The notes under the pieces: model-generated
Databases searched by the model: none
Told to the model about the DNA's origin: nothing
The model's input: only the letters and a program-made list of their open reading frames with translations
Source: Fistulifera solaris
Lineage: Eukaryota
DNA: 64,000 nt
NCBI GenBank assembly: GCA_030295235.1
Contig: AP026176.1
Coordinates: 1-64,000 of the forward strand
Reading direction: 5' to 3'
Program-made: the position numbers and the translations under genes
Shown here: piece after piece, positions 12,570-24,759 of the stretch
How the letters are laid out: each line of letters opens with the position of its first letter
Numbering within the stretch: the first letter of the stretch is position 1

Positions 12570-13470
12570 CATCCGTATCGTCGACTGCCATTTTTCACTA
12601 TGACAGTAAAGTGTAAGTTGCACGCGATCGCGACTGAATTTCAGTCACTCGAAACGCCACACCACCGAAGCAATGAAAACACCAAAGTTGTCTTCAAACA
12701 AAAGCGCGAAGTGTAACATCAAATGCCATGGAAATACCAATAATAAATGAATTAACTATCATCTATCATCTTCATTCGAAGCGCAGCTATTTGCGTCGGA
12801 AAGCATCCGTATCGTCGACTGGTTATTTTCATTATGATGGTAAAGTGTATGTTCTACGCGATCGCGACTCAACTTCAGTCACTCGAAACGCCACCGAAGC
12901 AATGAAAACACCAAAGTTGTCTTCAAACAAAAGCGCGAAGTGTAGAATCAAATGCCATGGAAAACCAATAATAAATGAATTAACTATCATCTATCATCTT
13001 CATTCGAAGCGCAGCTATTTGCGTCGGAAAGCATCCGTATCGTCGACTGGTTATTTTCATTATGATGGTAAAGTGTATGTTCTACGCGATCGCGACTCAA
13101 CTTCAGTCACTCGAAACGCCACCGAAGCAATGAGAGCACCGAAGTTGTTCAGTCTATAATTAATCAACATTTAAATACCAATATATAAATATGAACTAAC
13201 ATTTTCTTCACTCGAAACGCAACTATTTGCGTCGAAAAGCATCCGTACCAGGTACAGTACAGTATCGTCGACTGCAATTTGCACTAGGATGGTAAAGTGT
13301 TGGTTGTACGCGATCGAGAATAAATTTCAGTCACCATTAAAAGAAGAAAACAACATTGAAACGCCACCAAAGTTGTCCTCAAACAAAAACGCGAAGTGCA
13401 TACCATGTAATCGAATGCCCTGAAAATACCAATATATGAGATATGAACTACTGTATCATCTTCATTCGAA
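12570..13470. repeat. Tandem repeat, about 4 copies of a ~208-234 bp unit
   Basis: Landmark CATCCGTA..TCGTCGACTG at 12570, 12804, 13032 and 13240; copies 2 and 3 near-identical. Confidence 0.9.
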
Positions 13471-14323
13471 ACAACTCATGCTTTATGGGTCGAAAACAAA
13501 AATGCTCAAAATACCAGCTGATTATAGGTTTACTTTGCGATTTGAATGATGACCAGACCTATGAGGTGCTATGGCGACACAATAAATTCTCAAGCCACTT
13601 AAGCGATAACAACCAATACTAATATTGTTTCAAGCAACATGATACCTCTAGCAGGACCTCAAACCAGGCTTGCATTCGGCTCGGATTGTTGAAGCTCTGA
13701 TATTCATCAAGTTTGGCATTGCTTTTCAAACCAACTACGATGATTTTGTGAAAGGAAATAAGGAACTTGGTTTTAAGAAAAACATTGAATTGATAAGGTC
13801 TGGAGAAAATATAAAAAATTACGTCGAAAAAGAGCTTATCACTCGTGACTAAATTCAGTCATGTATAATTTGAGACCACAGTTTTCGCGGTGTCAACATG
13901 GTTATGGATTTTCGAGCAAAACGAACCGAAAACGCGCTGCAGAAAAGCGCATAAGAAGCAACGCTTATATGGAACGCAGCAGAGCTGTTAACAAGTAGAA
14001 GATTCACCATAGTGGCGGACGCGTGAAGTCAAAATGATGAAACGATTGTTCTAACTCATGATTACAGTTTAGTCACGTTCATGGTCCCTACAAAAAGTAG
14101 TCTACACTTCGGGCTATACATTGAAGATTATTTTTCTTCGTCCAACCTCCAACCGTCGTACCCTGTTATACGTTCTTGCGTTAACGTGGAGAGTGCGGCG
14201 GGAGACGTCATTCGGCGTTTGCTTTTGGCTCTCTTACAACAAAGGCGAACGGAATCCATTTTGGCTGCTTTCATTAACTGGTTACTAATCCTTCATATTC
14301 ATCGAAGTCGATTCAAACAAGCA

Positions 14324-16887
14324 ATGAGGAGAGTTATTTCAGTCGCTTATTTGTTTCTATTGTTTCTGCGGTTGCGGGTCAATCACGCCTTTGTCGTGCC
14401 CGCTCAAAGATCGACTATTGCATTGACGAGTTCAACCAGTCGCTTGACACGAAGCAATCCTACGACCGAACTCTTCTTTTCGACGAATAACAATGATGAG
14501 AATATTACAATTGATGATGAAAGTGACAAAAGCGACGGAAATTTAATCGATTTAAGAGTCTATTGGGTCGATTGCTTGTCAAAGAGACGCCGTCATCATC
14601 CACGTCGTCGCTGTCGGAGGAAGATACATCACGAGATACTTCGCTACTGGTCGTAGAAAAGGCGAAATAGATAACAATACAAGCAACAAGAAAGATGAGC
14701 AAAAGATGAACCGCTAGAGCCGATGGAACAGGCGAAGCGACTGCGCAATGCGGCCGAAAAAGCTAGACTCGAAGCGGAACGAATGGATGTTGCGTTGACG
14801 CTTGAAAAATTGCCCGTCTGGAGAAAGAATTGACCAAACCCAATGCTGAAGTGGAAACGCTACAGCAACAGCTCACGGCGTTGCAACGCAAGCTCGCACA
14901 GTCCTCTTCTTTGAGTAGCACAAACGGAAGCCACGCGACTATTACGGATAGTGCCACGAGCACGGAAACACCGAAATCCGATGAAAAGTCACCCCGGTAA
15001 AGGAGGTCCGCGATTTTAGCAGCACTGAGCTATCAAAAATCGTTGAGCCGGTCGACGAAGATGATATTCAAGCGAACATTGTAATACTGGAAAAGACACC
15101 AAAGTTCATGCTTGAAACTTTAGCAGCAGGGTCAGGAGAAGTGCCCGATGAAAACGGCGCATATAATCTCACAAATGTGGCAATCAAACTCGATCAAGTC
15201 AGACGATATGATTTTTCGAACAGCCCCAAGCCTGCGCCGAGTTTTACTGCAGCGCAAATCAAGGAAAAGGAAGAAGAATTAAAGAAAGAAGCTATATGGT
15301 GGATGATGAGTCCTCTCAAAGCAAAGGCAGGTGGCAATTCTACCAGGTTCGCGCTTCTTCTGCTTGAATTTGAATACTATACAAATGATGTCATTATCGG
15401 TGAGGGAGGATGCGGGGGAGCTCTACGCCAAGCTTAAAGAAAACAACGAATGGTTGCAATTGTTCAATAAGTCACAAGTAGACTCTGGTATAGACATGCT
15501 TTACCCCGCATGTACACGGCGAAGTGAGATCCCTACCGAAGCGGTGATGGAACGGTTCATGCAGCAGGTTTTGCCTCAGACAGATTTCGTTCCGTTGGGG
15601 ACGTATCAAAAGTGGAGAGTGGGTATATCATACGCGGCAATGCTAAACGTGACAATTCGAAAGTAGTGGAGTCGATCGACCGCACGTTAGGTCCAATGGC
15701 TGAAAAATGACTGTTCTTTATACAACAGATTTCACCATTTATACTGATGATGAGATTTCAAGAGACCCGTTTTTGATCCGATTTCCGTGCCTCCTATGCT
15801 GTACATTATTGGTCCAGAAGCAACTCGCGAATCGAAACCCATTCAGCTAGGTATTACGTCCGCTCTTGGTCTAGCGACGTCGTGGTATTTGAGTATTTAT
15901 CCTTTCCTCTTTAATGCTGGAATCGCCAAACGTGTCGACGATGATTTGGCACTGGTCGATGCAGGTTTGCAGCCCGATTTGCTTTGGTTGACGGACTTGA
16001 GCGTTCCATTGTTTGCATCTTTCATGAGCATTTTATTGGCACACGAAATGGGCCATATCATTGCTGCTGGTATTCACAAAGTAAGTCGCCAGACTGTTTA
16101 AGCGTTCGTTAACGTACTCGATGTCTAATTCGAAAATCGCAGTTCAAATCTTCCGTTCCGACTTTTGTCCCATCACTGATAACGGGGTGACAAGTACCGT
16201 AACTACTTTCAAGACACTGCCTCCTACAAAGAATGCCATGTTCGACTTCGGTCTAGCTGGTCCTGCTCTGGGACTTTTCGCCAGCGTTGCAGCCCTTGCT
16301 GTAGGTAGTCAGCTGACCGTGGCCGGAGATCCAACCAATTTCCCTGCTCTCCCTCTAGATATATTGCGGCAAAGTACGTTAGGAGGGGTATTATCGATTA
16401 TTTTTTAGGGGGTGGAGCACTATATATTCCCGAAGGCGCCTTGGGTACAACTGCTGCTGCACAAATGACCATTCCTCTCCACCCAATTGCACTCGCAGGA
16501 TACATAGGACTCATTGTGAATGCCCTGAGTCTTCTCCCGATTGGCAGTGAGTCACTCTTTATTCTTGTTGTTTGAGTTGACAAAAACGATGACTAACTAA
16601 ATCCTCTTTCTTCTCATGTAGCAACGGATGGTGGCCGTATCGCCTTGGCTCTGTTTGGTCGAGCGTCAAAATTAGCTGTCGGGAACATGACCATGCTCGC
16701 CTTGCTCATCGCTGGAGTCCTGGGATCTGATCTTTTCCTTTTCTATTTTGCCTTTTGTTTGGCTTTTCAAAGCGGCAACGAGGTTCCTGCTCGCAATGAA
16801 GTGGAAAACGTAGACATGACACGTGTATTCGCGGCGACCGGAGCATACGTGATCGTCCTGCTAGCATTGATACCCTTTCAAATATAG
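14324..16887 (+). CDS. Second EGY-like M50 metalloprotease with bipartite plastid presequence; introns and frameshifts
   Basis: Signal peptide ending NHA-FVVP; AHEMGH; FDFGLAGP; LHPIALAG; NALSLLPIG-intron-TDGGR; PARNEV. Confidence 0.87.
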
Positions 16888-17877
16888 AGATAAAAAGAAA
16901 GTCTCTTTATTAAGCGTTTTCTTACCTGTCTGTGCGTAATACCTCCTGTGTATCCATGACGTTTGCTTTCGCATGTCAGACGTCTACGGTTCGGTTTGCG
17001 GACAACAGCTTCTCTGTCTGGAATAGAGTCTATTCCTTTTCCTGAAGTTTAGCATTCAGCTCTGATGCCGAGCGGTCTTCATCCATAAACCGAACAAGTA
17101 AATCAGCTTGGATGTTAGGTGGCTAAGATGATTGATGACTTGATTAATTGGTTCGCAATTTGCGATCTTCAAGGTGTTCGAATTTTAACTATCATCTACG
17201 GTGTACTGTTTATTGTTAAAAGTGAAGCTGTGATAACTTGATACGACTAATTTCTATGCAGTCATAGCAAAGAACATAAACGAAGACCGTTCCACGGAAA
17301 TGGTCTTTACTAAATACTAAGTTTTCTGTTTTCTTTAGGACTTTAGAATGAGTTTCTGAAAGAAAGAAAAAAAATATTTGTGCCAAAAGAGAAAAACCAG
17401 TGGAAAATTCAGTCAAATGTCGAAAAAGCATCCGCATTTCAGGAAAATTAGGAATAAATATGAGTTTAGCAAAAAAATCAACTCCACCTAAAATAATAAT
17501 CACAAAGTTTCTATGACTGGTGAACAATGAGCAATTATCACAAGTTGAACCTATCGGTATCCAGCTTCCAGATTTGATAGTCGAGCGTCGAGCGTGACGT
17601 GTCTGTGTTTCGTATTGTGTACGCAAGTATCCTGTGAAAAGGATTATACTCCGTGTAGTAGCTGTTCTTGACACCTAAGTGCTGACAATCACACACACTG
17701 TACTTTGTAGAATAAAAACTACCACACGTCACACGTATTATAGACGTCCACCACCCACCGGCGTTCGCCCAAACGCGAACAGCCAACTTTTCCTTCGTAA
17801 ATTGTAACAAACCCGAAGACCTTCATTGCTCTTCATTTGTCATGCATTCCATAAAACGAGTACCTTTCCAAATAATA

Positions 17878-18989
17878 ATGAGCGGAAAAGAGAATTCGAC
17901 AATCGAGACGGCGATGGTAAGAAACAGCTTGTTATTCGCGTTCGGATCGCAATGAAATAAACTCACATTGATCCTCTCTTGATCTTTCATCGTCTGCAGC
18001 AGAAAATGCTCAAGATCATTTGAAAAGGCGTGTAAGAAGTCGTCCAGAAGCCTCTCATCCTTCCAATAAAAGGGCAAAAGTGAGGCGCTACCGTCAAGCA
18101 CTGGAAAAGATGGCAAGGTAAAAGGCAAGAAGGCGAAGAATGAATCGAACGGTTTGTCCTTCCCAGAGAAACTCATGCAAATAATGGAGCACAGCGAGTA
18201 TTGGGATGCCATAAAGTGGTCCAGTGATGGATGCGCGTTCGGTATCAATCCAGAACCGTTCACTGAGAAGATAATCGATACACACTTCCAAGGCGGTCTC
18301 TTCGAAAGCATGCAGAAGCGACTCTCTAGGTGGGGTTTCCAGAGAGTTCCGATGCATCTTGAGTTCACGGGAAACTGGATTGCTTATCATCATGTGCTCT
18401 TTAAGCGAGGAAAACCAGAGCTATTTCAAAATTTGTTATCTACCGAGATGCTGAACATAATGGCAAAGAATAAAGAAGAATCAGCCTTGGTTACAGCAAG
18501 AAGGACGTCGCATCCGCAACTACCTAGAGATGCAAGCCGACCGACTGCATTGAACAGCGATGATAATGAAGCGACCTGTACATTCCCGCAAGCAGCTTCG
18601 GTTAACAATTCCTGGTCGTTGCAGCATCCCCTTTCAATGAACTTTGTTCATGCGCAAAACCTTTCACGGTTGAATGTTGGTGATATATCGTCCAACTCGA
18701 CGGGGTTGCTGCCGGTCAATAGCCATCAGGCAAACCTTCTTCCTTTGCAACAAGCGCAGTTGCTGAGATATTTGCAGCAAGTCAGAGATTTATCAATTAC
18801 CAGGAATGCTTCGTCGAATCCGCTTCTGAATTTGTCACGAGTAGGACCCTGACGCAACCATGGGTCGACAACGAAAGAATGCTGCCTTTGTTGTCTATCA
18901 TTCGTTCTAATGCTTTGGATGAGCTTCGCGTGGCTAGCCTAACGGATGAACAGCTGCTTGAGCTCTATCTTCGCTCCAGACAGCTTTAG
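17878..18989 (+). CDS. Heat-shock-factor-type DNA-binding protein; ends approximate
   Basis: FPEKLMQIM...IKWSSDG..F..NPEPF...FESMQKRLSRWGF...YHHVLFKRG; 5' intron about 17917-17999; a shifted frame continues to a stop at 18989. Confidence 0.85.
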
Positions 18990-19031
18990 TTAGTAATCAT
19001 AAATGTAAAAAGACAACCAGACACTTTTTGC

Positions 19032-21458
19032 TTATTGTAATACGGCGTAAACTTCTTTCGCGCAAGCCTTTGCGATATCTCCATGCGGCGAAGCGGCTGG
19101 TTCGACCATTGATGCCATGTAGAGACTGCTGGCTATTGATTTGGCATTCGCATGGGACAATACTAGCGTACCAAGCGTTTGAAGTGTTCGTAATAGAGCT
19201 TCTGTTTCGTATTGGCGATTGGTCAAAATGTCCTTGATGCTGGAAATAATGGTATCACAATTCACGGCCGTCGCTTCCTCTGTTTGTCTATCATGAGTGG
19301 GCTGCATGGAGTAGACTAGATTGTGCAACACGGTGGCCACCGACAATCGGACATTCTTATTATCGGACTGCACGTGTCGTGCAGCGCACGCAAGCAAAAG
19401 TTCTCGGTCGGATGTCGATAAGCAGTTTGGGTTTGAAGCTAACACGTTAGCCACCAGTCGTAAGGTCAACATCGGAATCGCTACAGCCGCCGGTCCCGAT
19501 AACGTTCCGAACGATGATTGATCCATCTCACACGCAGCTTTCACTAGAGAGGACGCATTGTATTGTATACCATCCGGGTGCCGTACTGCCATGCGCGCCA
19601 GGTCCAAGGCGGGAAAGGCCAAGGACGGCGACAGAGATTGTATGCAATGCTGAAGAAAATGCCAATGCTGCGGGGTGACATGACTTACGTGATAGCGCTG
19701 TGTGGCGCCCAACACCTCGACAAGTGATGCTAGCGTCGATCGATCCGAGTCATCGGACAAACTTTCTTCCAATTTAAATTGAATTTTCGACAGCGTCGTC
19801 GTAGCTGTGGCGGCTGTCAAATCAAACGCTTTGGCGTGAGCAATAGGAAGATGTTGATAAGATACCAAAGGTGTTCCGGTGGTCGCCCGAGGCATTGTGT
19901 TGAAGGCCGGGCCCGCTGAGCCAGCAGAGCCAATTGTCGGTGGCGCGGTACCCACACGTTGTTGAATGTAATCCGCAATTTGCGCCAGGTGATATTGTGG
20001 CAATTGATGGGCATCAAAAACGTTGTGCCGCCACGAACGTATTCTCTCAATATTGTATCCGACACGCAACTGCGCTACACCGCCGCCGGTCTGATCGACT
20101 TCGATGGGTAAAACGTGATCGTAATGGACACCATCGATCATGCCACTACCATTGCTATCAGTGCCTTGACTACCAACGACCTGTCCGACTTCAATCCAAG
20201 TGGAAGAAACCATACTCCATTGTGCCGCAATGGCGATACCATTTTTCTGAAAAACTTGCACTTGTCCTTCCGATGTACCCCGATGTTGTGCTTGATGCTT
20301 CCATTTCGGTAATTTGGCAATTTCTTCCGAGGAAGGACCCGTTTTGGTATGTGCCTGCTCCACGAGTTGTCGAAACGCTTCCTGTTCCGCGATATCAGCG
20401 ATCCGTTCTGTAGCCCGGGTGAAAATTCGCAGTTGACCATCATCACAGCACGTGGCGACATCACCATTGGGCAAGGGAACTACATTCCATACCGTTGTAG
20501 GATGCAAAATCGTTTGAGGAGGATTTTCGTCTTGCAATGACCAAAATACGACGTGCCCATCTTCGGCACTTGCAATACACGTCGTCGCGTCACCGGATGT
20601 CGTTACCGAAAGCAACATGGGCGGTTGCTGCTGTTGTCCTAGCTGTGGTACAAACACCAACGTTCCCGTCGCTTTTCCTGTTTCCACATCTCTCATAACG
20701 ACCGTTCCGTCATTTGAGCATGTCATGAGTGCCGAATCATTACAACAATGAATACTCCGAATCGGACCTTGATGATCGTTTACGACGGAATGCAACAATT
20801 GCACGAGCCCCGTCTCGACATGGACACTCCATATGCGGACTTGGTAGTCTTTTATGACATTATTGACAGCTACTCCGGCCGACCCTGTCGCAATTTTCAA
20901 TACATTTGGCTGTGACGAAGGCAAGGCAACGACACACGTTGAATTTTCGTGTCCTTCGAGTGTCGCTAAAAGCACTTTGCGTTGCCAGTCCCACACTTTG
21001 ACGGTTCCATCCCATGATCCTGATAAGAGGTAATAATTTTGTTGCGTTTGTGCCCAAGATAAAGAGGTGACAGGTTTCGTATGCCCCTCAAAGGTTCCGA
21101 GACATTCGTAGGAACTCCGTGTATCGAAATATCGAATGACACTGTCTTTGCAGGCTGTAACGAGTTGTGTGTGCAAAGACGTCACTGCCGTCACAGTATG
21201 ATTGTGTTGAAAGGTAATCGGTTGTAAAGTACCTGAAGGTACGTGAAATTCACACAAGGAACCTCCTTGTGTTCCCACGATCATGCGAATGTCATCAGTG
21301 TCTTCGTTCTCAATGACACAAGCCGTACGAATCCCTTGATCGTCTAACGAAGAAAAAAGTTTGCGATAATTCCCATTCGATTTGCATAATCTTACGTAAT
21401 TAGTCGCAGGAAGTAAAATAGAATCGGGTGATGTTTGAAAGGATAAAGAAAAAACCAA
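19032..21458 (-). CDS. PLAA: PLAA/Doa1/Ufd3-like WD40-PFU-PUL ubiquitin adaptor; start uncertain
   Basis: WD40 repeats (GH...SGSWDGTVKVWD); PFU motifs WIEVGQVV and YDHVLPIEVD; PUL-like FPALDLARMAVRHP and NKNVRLSVATVLHN. Confidence 0.9.
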   Translation of the reverse strand: MVFSLSFQTSPDSILLPATNYVRLCKSNGNYRKLFSSLDDQGIRTACVIENEDTDDIRMIVGTQGGSLCEFHVPSGTLQPITFQHNHTVTAVTSLHTQLVTACKDSVIRYFDTRSSYECLGTFEGHTKPVTSLSWAQTQQNYYLLSGSWDGTVKVWDWQRKVLLATLEGHENSTCVVALPSSQPNVLKIATGSAGVAVNNVIKDYQVRIWSVHVETGLVQLLHSVVNDHQGPIRSIHCCNDSALMTCSNDGTVVMRDVETGKATGTLVFVPQLGQQQQPPMLLSVTTSGDATTCIASAEDGHVVFWSLQDENPPQTILHPTTVWNVVPLPNGDVATCCDDGQLRIFTRATERIADIAEQEAFRQLVEQAHTKTGPSSEEIAKLPKWKHQAQHRGTSEGQVQVFQKNGIAIAAQWSMVSSTWIEVGQVVGSQGTDSNGSGMIDGVHYDHVLPIEVDQTGGGVAQLRVGYNIERIRSWRHNVFDAHQLPQYHLAQIADYIQQRVGTAPPTIGSAGSAGPAFNTMPRATTGTPLVSYQHLPIAHAKAFDLTAATATTTLSKIQFKLEESLSDDSDRSTLASLVEVLGATQRYHVSHVTPQHWHFLQHCIQSLSPSLAFPALDLARMAVRHPDGIQYNASSLVKAACEMDQSSFGTLSGPAAVAIPMLTLRLVANVLASNPNCLSTSDRELLLACAARHVQSDNKNVRLSVATVLHNLVYSMQPTHDRQTEEATAVNCDTIISSIKDILTNRQYETEALLRTLQTLGTLVLSHANAKSIASSLYMASMVEPAASPHGDIAKACAKEVYAVLQ

Positions 21459-21668
21459 TGGCTTTTAGCAACAACAAAAGTGTTATGTGAATGTAGGGAT
21501 GCGACGGGACACGCGAGAGCGACGAGCGAGCGCCAGCGAGAGATGGTTGACGAAGCATTTCGAATTAATTCGATGTCACAGCATGTTTTAACCGGTAAAG
21601 AAATCGTCTTTTTGACTAGTCGTCGGCAGTAGTAAGACTACACTCTAGAAAGTATAGTCCATTTAGCG

Positions 21669-22741
21669 ATGATTATGAAGCCAAAAGAATGTCTTCACAA
21701 GTCCTGAAACTTTGCATTTTGCGACGATCGCTACGAGGAGGAGTCGATTTCGAAAATATAAAGTTTCCACACTTATAATGGTGATGAATAGAAGATGGGA
21801 TCTAGAGGAGCTCATTGTGTGTGACCCCAAGGACCTCCGACCTCCGAGTTCTTACCGAGGTGGATCAGATGTATTTAAATTGTTGCCTCCGAATACTGCA
21901 TTTTCTTCTGTAAGCAGAGCAATTTTGTTTGGGCTTTTGGAGAGGCTGAAATATACTTGACATCGCAAGGAGGACGTAGTGTTGTTTCAAATGATTCCGA
22001 TAATGTCGCTTCTTGAAAAGCTTACGATTGCTTGTTGGAAATTCACCAGCCTTGTCATTCTTTCCAGTTTATTTCGCGAAACTCAAACATCAAAATATTT
22101 TCTTCTTGCGATTATCATTTTGGTGGGTAAATACAACCCTGCTACTTGCCCTTTACACATGCCACCTTCGGATAAGTGGGAAGCTTTGTTGGTTCATGCT
22201 CTCCGGAAAAACAAGACCTTAACCTATTTTGTTCATCAAGATTTGAATCTATCGGGTAAAACCTTGTGTAGAAGTCCGAGTGATGCTTTGTCGCTACATC
22301 CGACCATACAACCTTTGACAATTTTTTCAGGGAAACATTTCGAGGGCCTATCGCTTCTGTATTGAGAATAGTTGGCTTCGGCTAGCACGACAAAACAGAG
22401 ACATAACAGAAAGTCTCTTTGATCTTGGTCGGAAAAGGAAGAGCGAGGAGGTAGGATTCGTTGAGTGCGACCTCCGAATGAATCGGATTCATAAGAACTT
22501 GCACGATCAGAAGCACGATCGTTACCAAGAAATGGGAGTCGAAGATCTGATTACAGCAAACAAGGATCTTGGATGTTTGCATCTGTTGTTATTAGCCGAT
22601 CCTGCTCTTGGCAAATAATCAATTGAGTCACTAATGTGCTGCAATCGCCATCTTAAGACCATCCGTCGTGATCGCAAGCGGCTTCTATGGAATTACTTAT
22701 TGAAGATGGAGCTCTTCTACATGGTAGTTGAAACGAGTAAA
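21669..22741 (+). pseudogene. Possible degraded or heavily frameshifted RNI/LRR-like protein
   Basis: Fragments such as LLVHALRKNKTLTYF and DALSLHPTIQ resemble RNI-like repeats; no long ORF. Confidence 0.3.
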
Positions 22742-23056
22742 TGAAACGCTATGATTTTAGTGTATCTCCGTAGCTCAGCTATTTGTAAAGCTTGTGATCA
22801 GAACACTTGCAGTGGTGTATTGACATCCCTCCTCTATTTGGAGTTCTTCCACAATTTCATCAAACGTAAATTCTCGTTAAACGCAACATAACACAGCAAT
22901 GTTGGCTCGGAGAAAGTCAATTTCGTTTTCTGCCTTCCCTCTTTTCGACCCAAAAGGAGGCGTCTTCTGTGTTCTTATACTGATGCAAGAGAAAGAATCC
23001 CTGGCTTTTCTTGCTTCAACTTCTATGTTCAAATCCAATAATCGAAAGGCCGGTTG

Positions 23057-23765
23057 TTATCGATATGCCGATCGATCGTACTGCGGACCATAATCCATGA
23101 ACAGTTCTTCTCCTGCCACGACATTTCGCTCGAGGCGTAGCACAACTTTCCGTTCGCTCAAAACTTCTTCCGTCACGACATTAACATCTTTTCCTTTGGG
23201 CGGTTCATTGATGCGACACAATGTCGTAGCCACACCAAAGAGAAAGGGCGCGGTGGGGCTGCTGCAAAAAGTTGTCTAGCGTTCCGACGCTATTCGTCGG
23301 ATCAATTAATGCCGAATTATCGGAAAATCTCCATATATACGTTTGACATTCGGGATATTGGATCGCCTTTTGTTGCACTCGACGATCATTCATCGCAACG
23401 ACAATCCCCGGGTATGTCCCTAGAACCGTGCCAGCGCCCAAATCTTGTGTCACAAACAACCCCAAGCCCGCCACAGCGCTCGGACGAACTTCCAGCAAAG
23501 TCTCAGGGGCTAGGAGGGTTCCTCTTGGTCGATCGAGAATAGCAACTAAACTAGCGTACGTGAACAAACCCGTTCCCAAGCGCAACGACCAAGCCACAAT
23601 GGGGTCATTAAACCAATTTGTTGAAGACGGCGTCAAAGAAACAACAACTCCCGCTCGTTTCGAATAAAACGTCGATTGATGAGAAGCGGAGAAGGAATGT
23701 ACAATCGTAGGCCAGAAAAGGAGAAGGAAACAAAGAGGATGACGAGTGAAACTAAGCGTCGTCAT
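23057..23765 (-). CDS. SET-domain protein with signal/plastid presequence; one frameshift near 23265
   Basis: SET motif I AGLGLFVTQDL..GT.LG.YPG; shifted frame gives LCRINEPP and AGEELFMDYG; N-terminus IVHS-FS. Confidence 0.85.
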
Positions 23766-24759
23766 TTTCGCGATATGTTGCTAATTCGGACTGGCTAGAC
23801 GAAGGCGAGAATTGGTAGCTTCCTCTTCTTATTTTTGTCAGTGTAGTAGCAACGGTAATAAGTGCTGGGTGATGAGGAAGACCAAGTAAGCCTTTTATAA
23901 TGATAACAACAACACGAATGGTTGCGCTGCTTTTTCAAATATCGACGGAAGGCCCAGATTTTCTGGGGATGTGAAAACACCGCACGCAAAAAGGTAACTT
24001 CAGGTTTTCCGTCTGCTTCGAAATAAACTTAACAAAGCCTACTATAGGCGAAAATGTGCTATCTACTTATCCACGACTGGATTCAGTCATGAATCAACAA
24101 TCGTTCGTTCAATAAACGTTGTGGAGATCCATTTCTCTTATTTGCAACGCATTAGTCCTTAGCAGCGTTTTCATTAGTCGCTACTAGAGTTTACGTTGAG
24201 GAGCTTGCGAAATGGTGTCTTCGCTACAAATTCCTCACGCTGAGAGAGTGAGAGACTGTGCGATGGAGTCATGAAAACCCTAATCGAAAAGGTCTTTCCC
24301 GACAAGCAGCGACAGCAAGGCGGGGAATTTTTAACGCCGCGTGCCCAGCCTTATAAAGTGTTGTCTTGAGTTCTACGTCGCAGAGCAGCAGGTGCGCTCC
24401 ATCACAAAATTATTCGCCGTTCAATTTCTTTTCGTCTAATAATGAATCATTCATTTCTTTTCATTCTTTTCTCTAAATACTAGCAGCAATAAACACTGCA
24501 TCTCTCAATGGTATTCTATTTCGGAGGAGGAGCGTTGTCATCATTATTTGATAACAACAAAACGCCCTTTCTTTGGCGGCCACGCCCGCTCCCTCACAAC
24601 TAAAAATAGTATCAGCAGCAGTTCAGGAAATGAGACATTCCACCGACGCGATGATAAGCACAACTACAAGTGATTTCGGAAGTTGACGGTTCGTTAACTA
24701 CTTTTCTGAAAATTTTCCCTCGACGACGATGCAATGAGAATGGATCTGCGTCATTCAAT

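Noticed and set aside
12570..13470. CRISPR-like array, or the 143-aa ORF at 12728-13159
   Set aside because: Whole units are duplicated with no unique spacers or cas genes; the ORF merely translates the repeat twice
17150..17530. AT-rich patch as a centromere or mobile element
   Set aside because: Short, with no TIRs or repeats that I could verify
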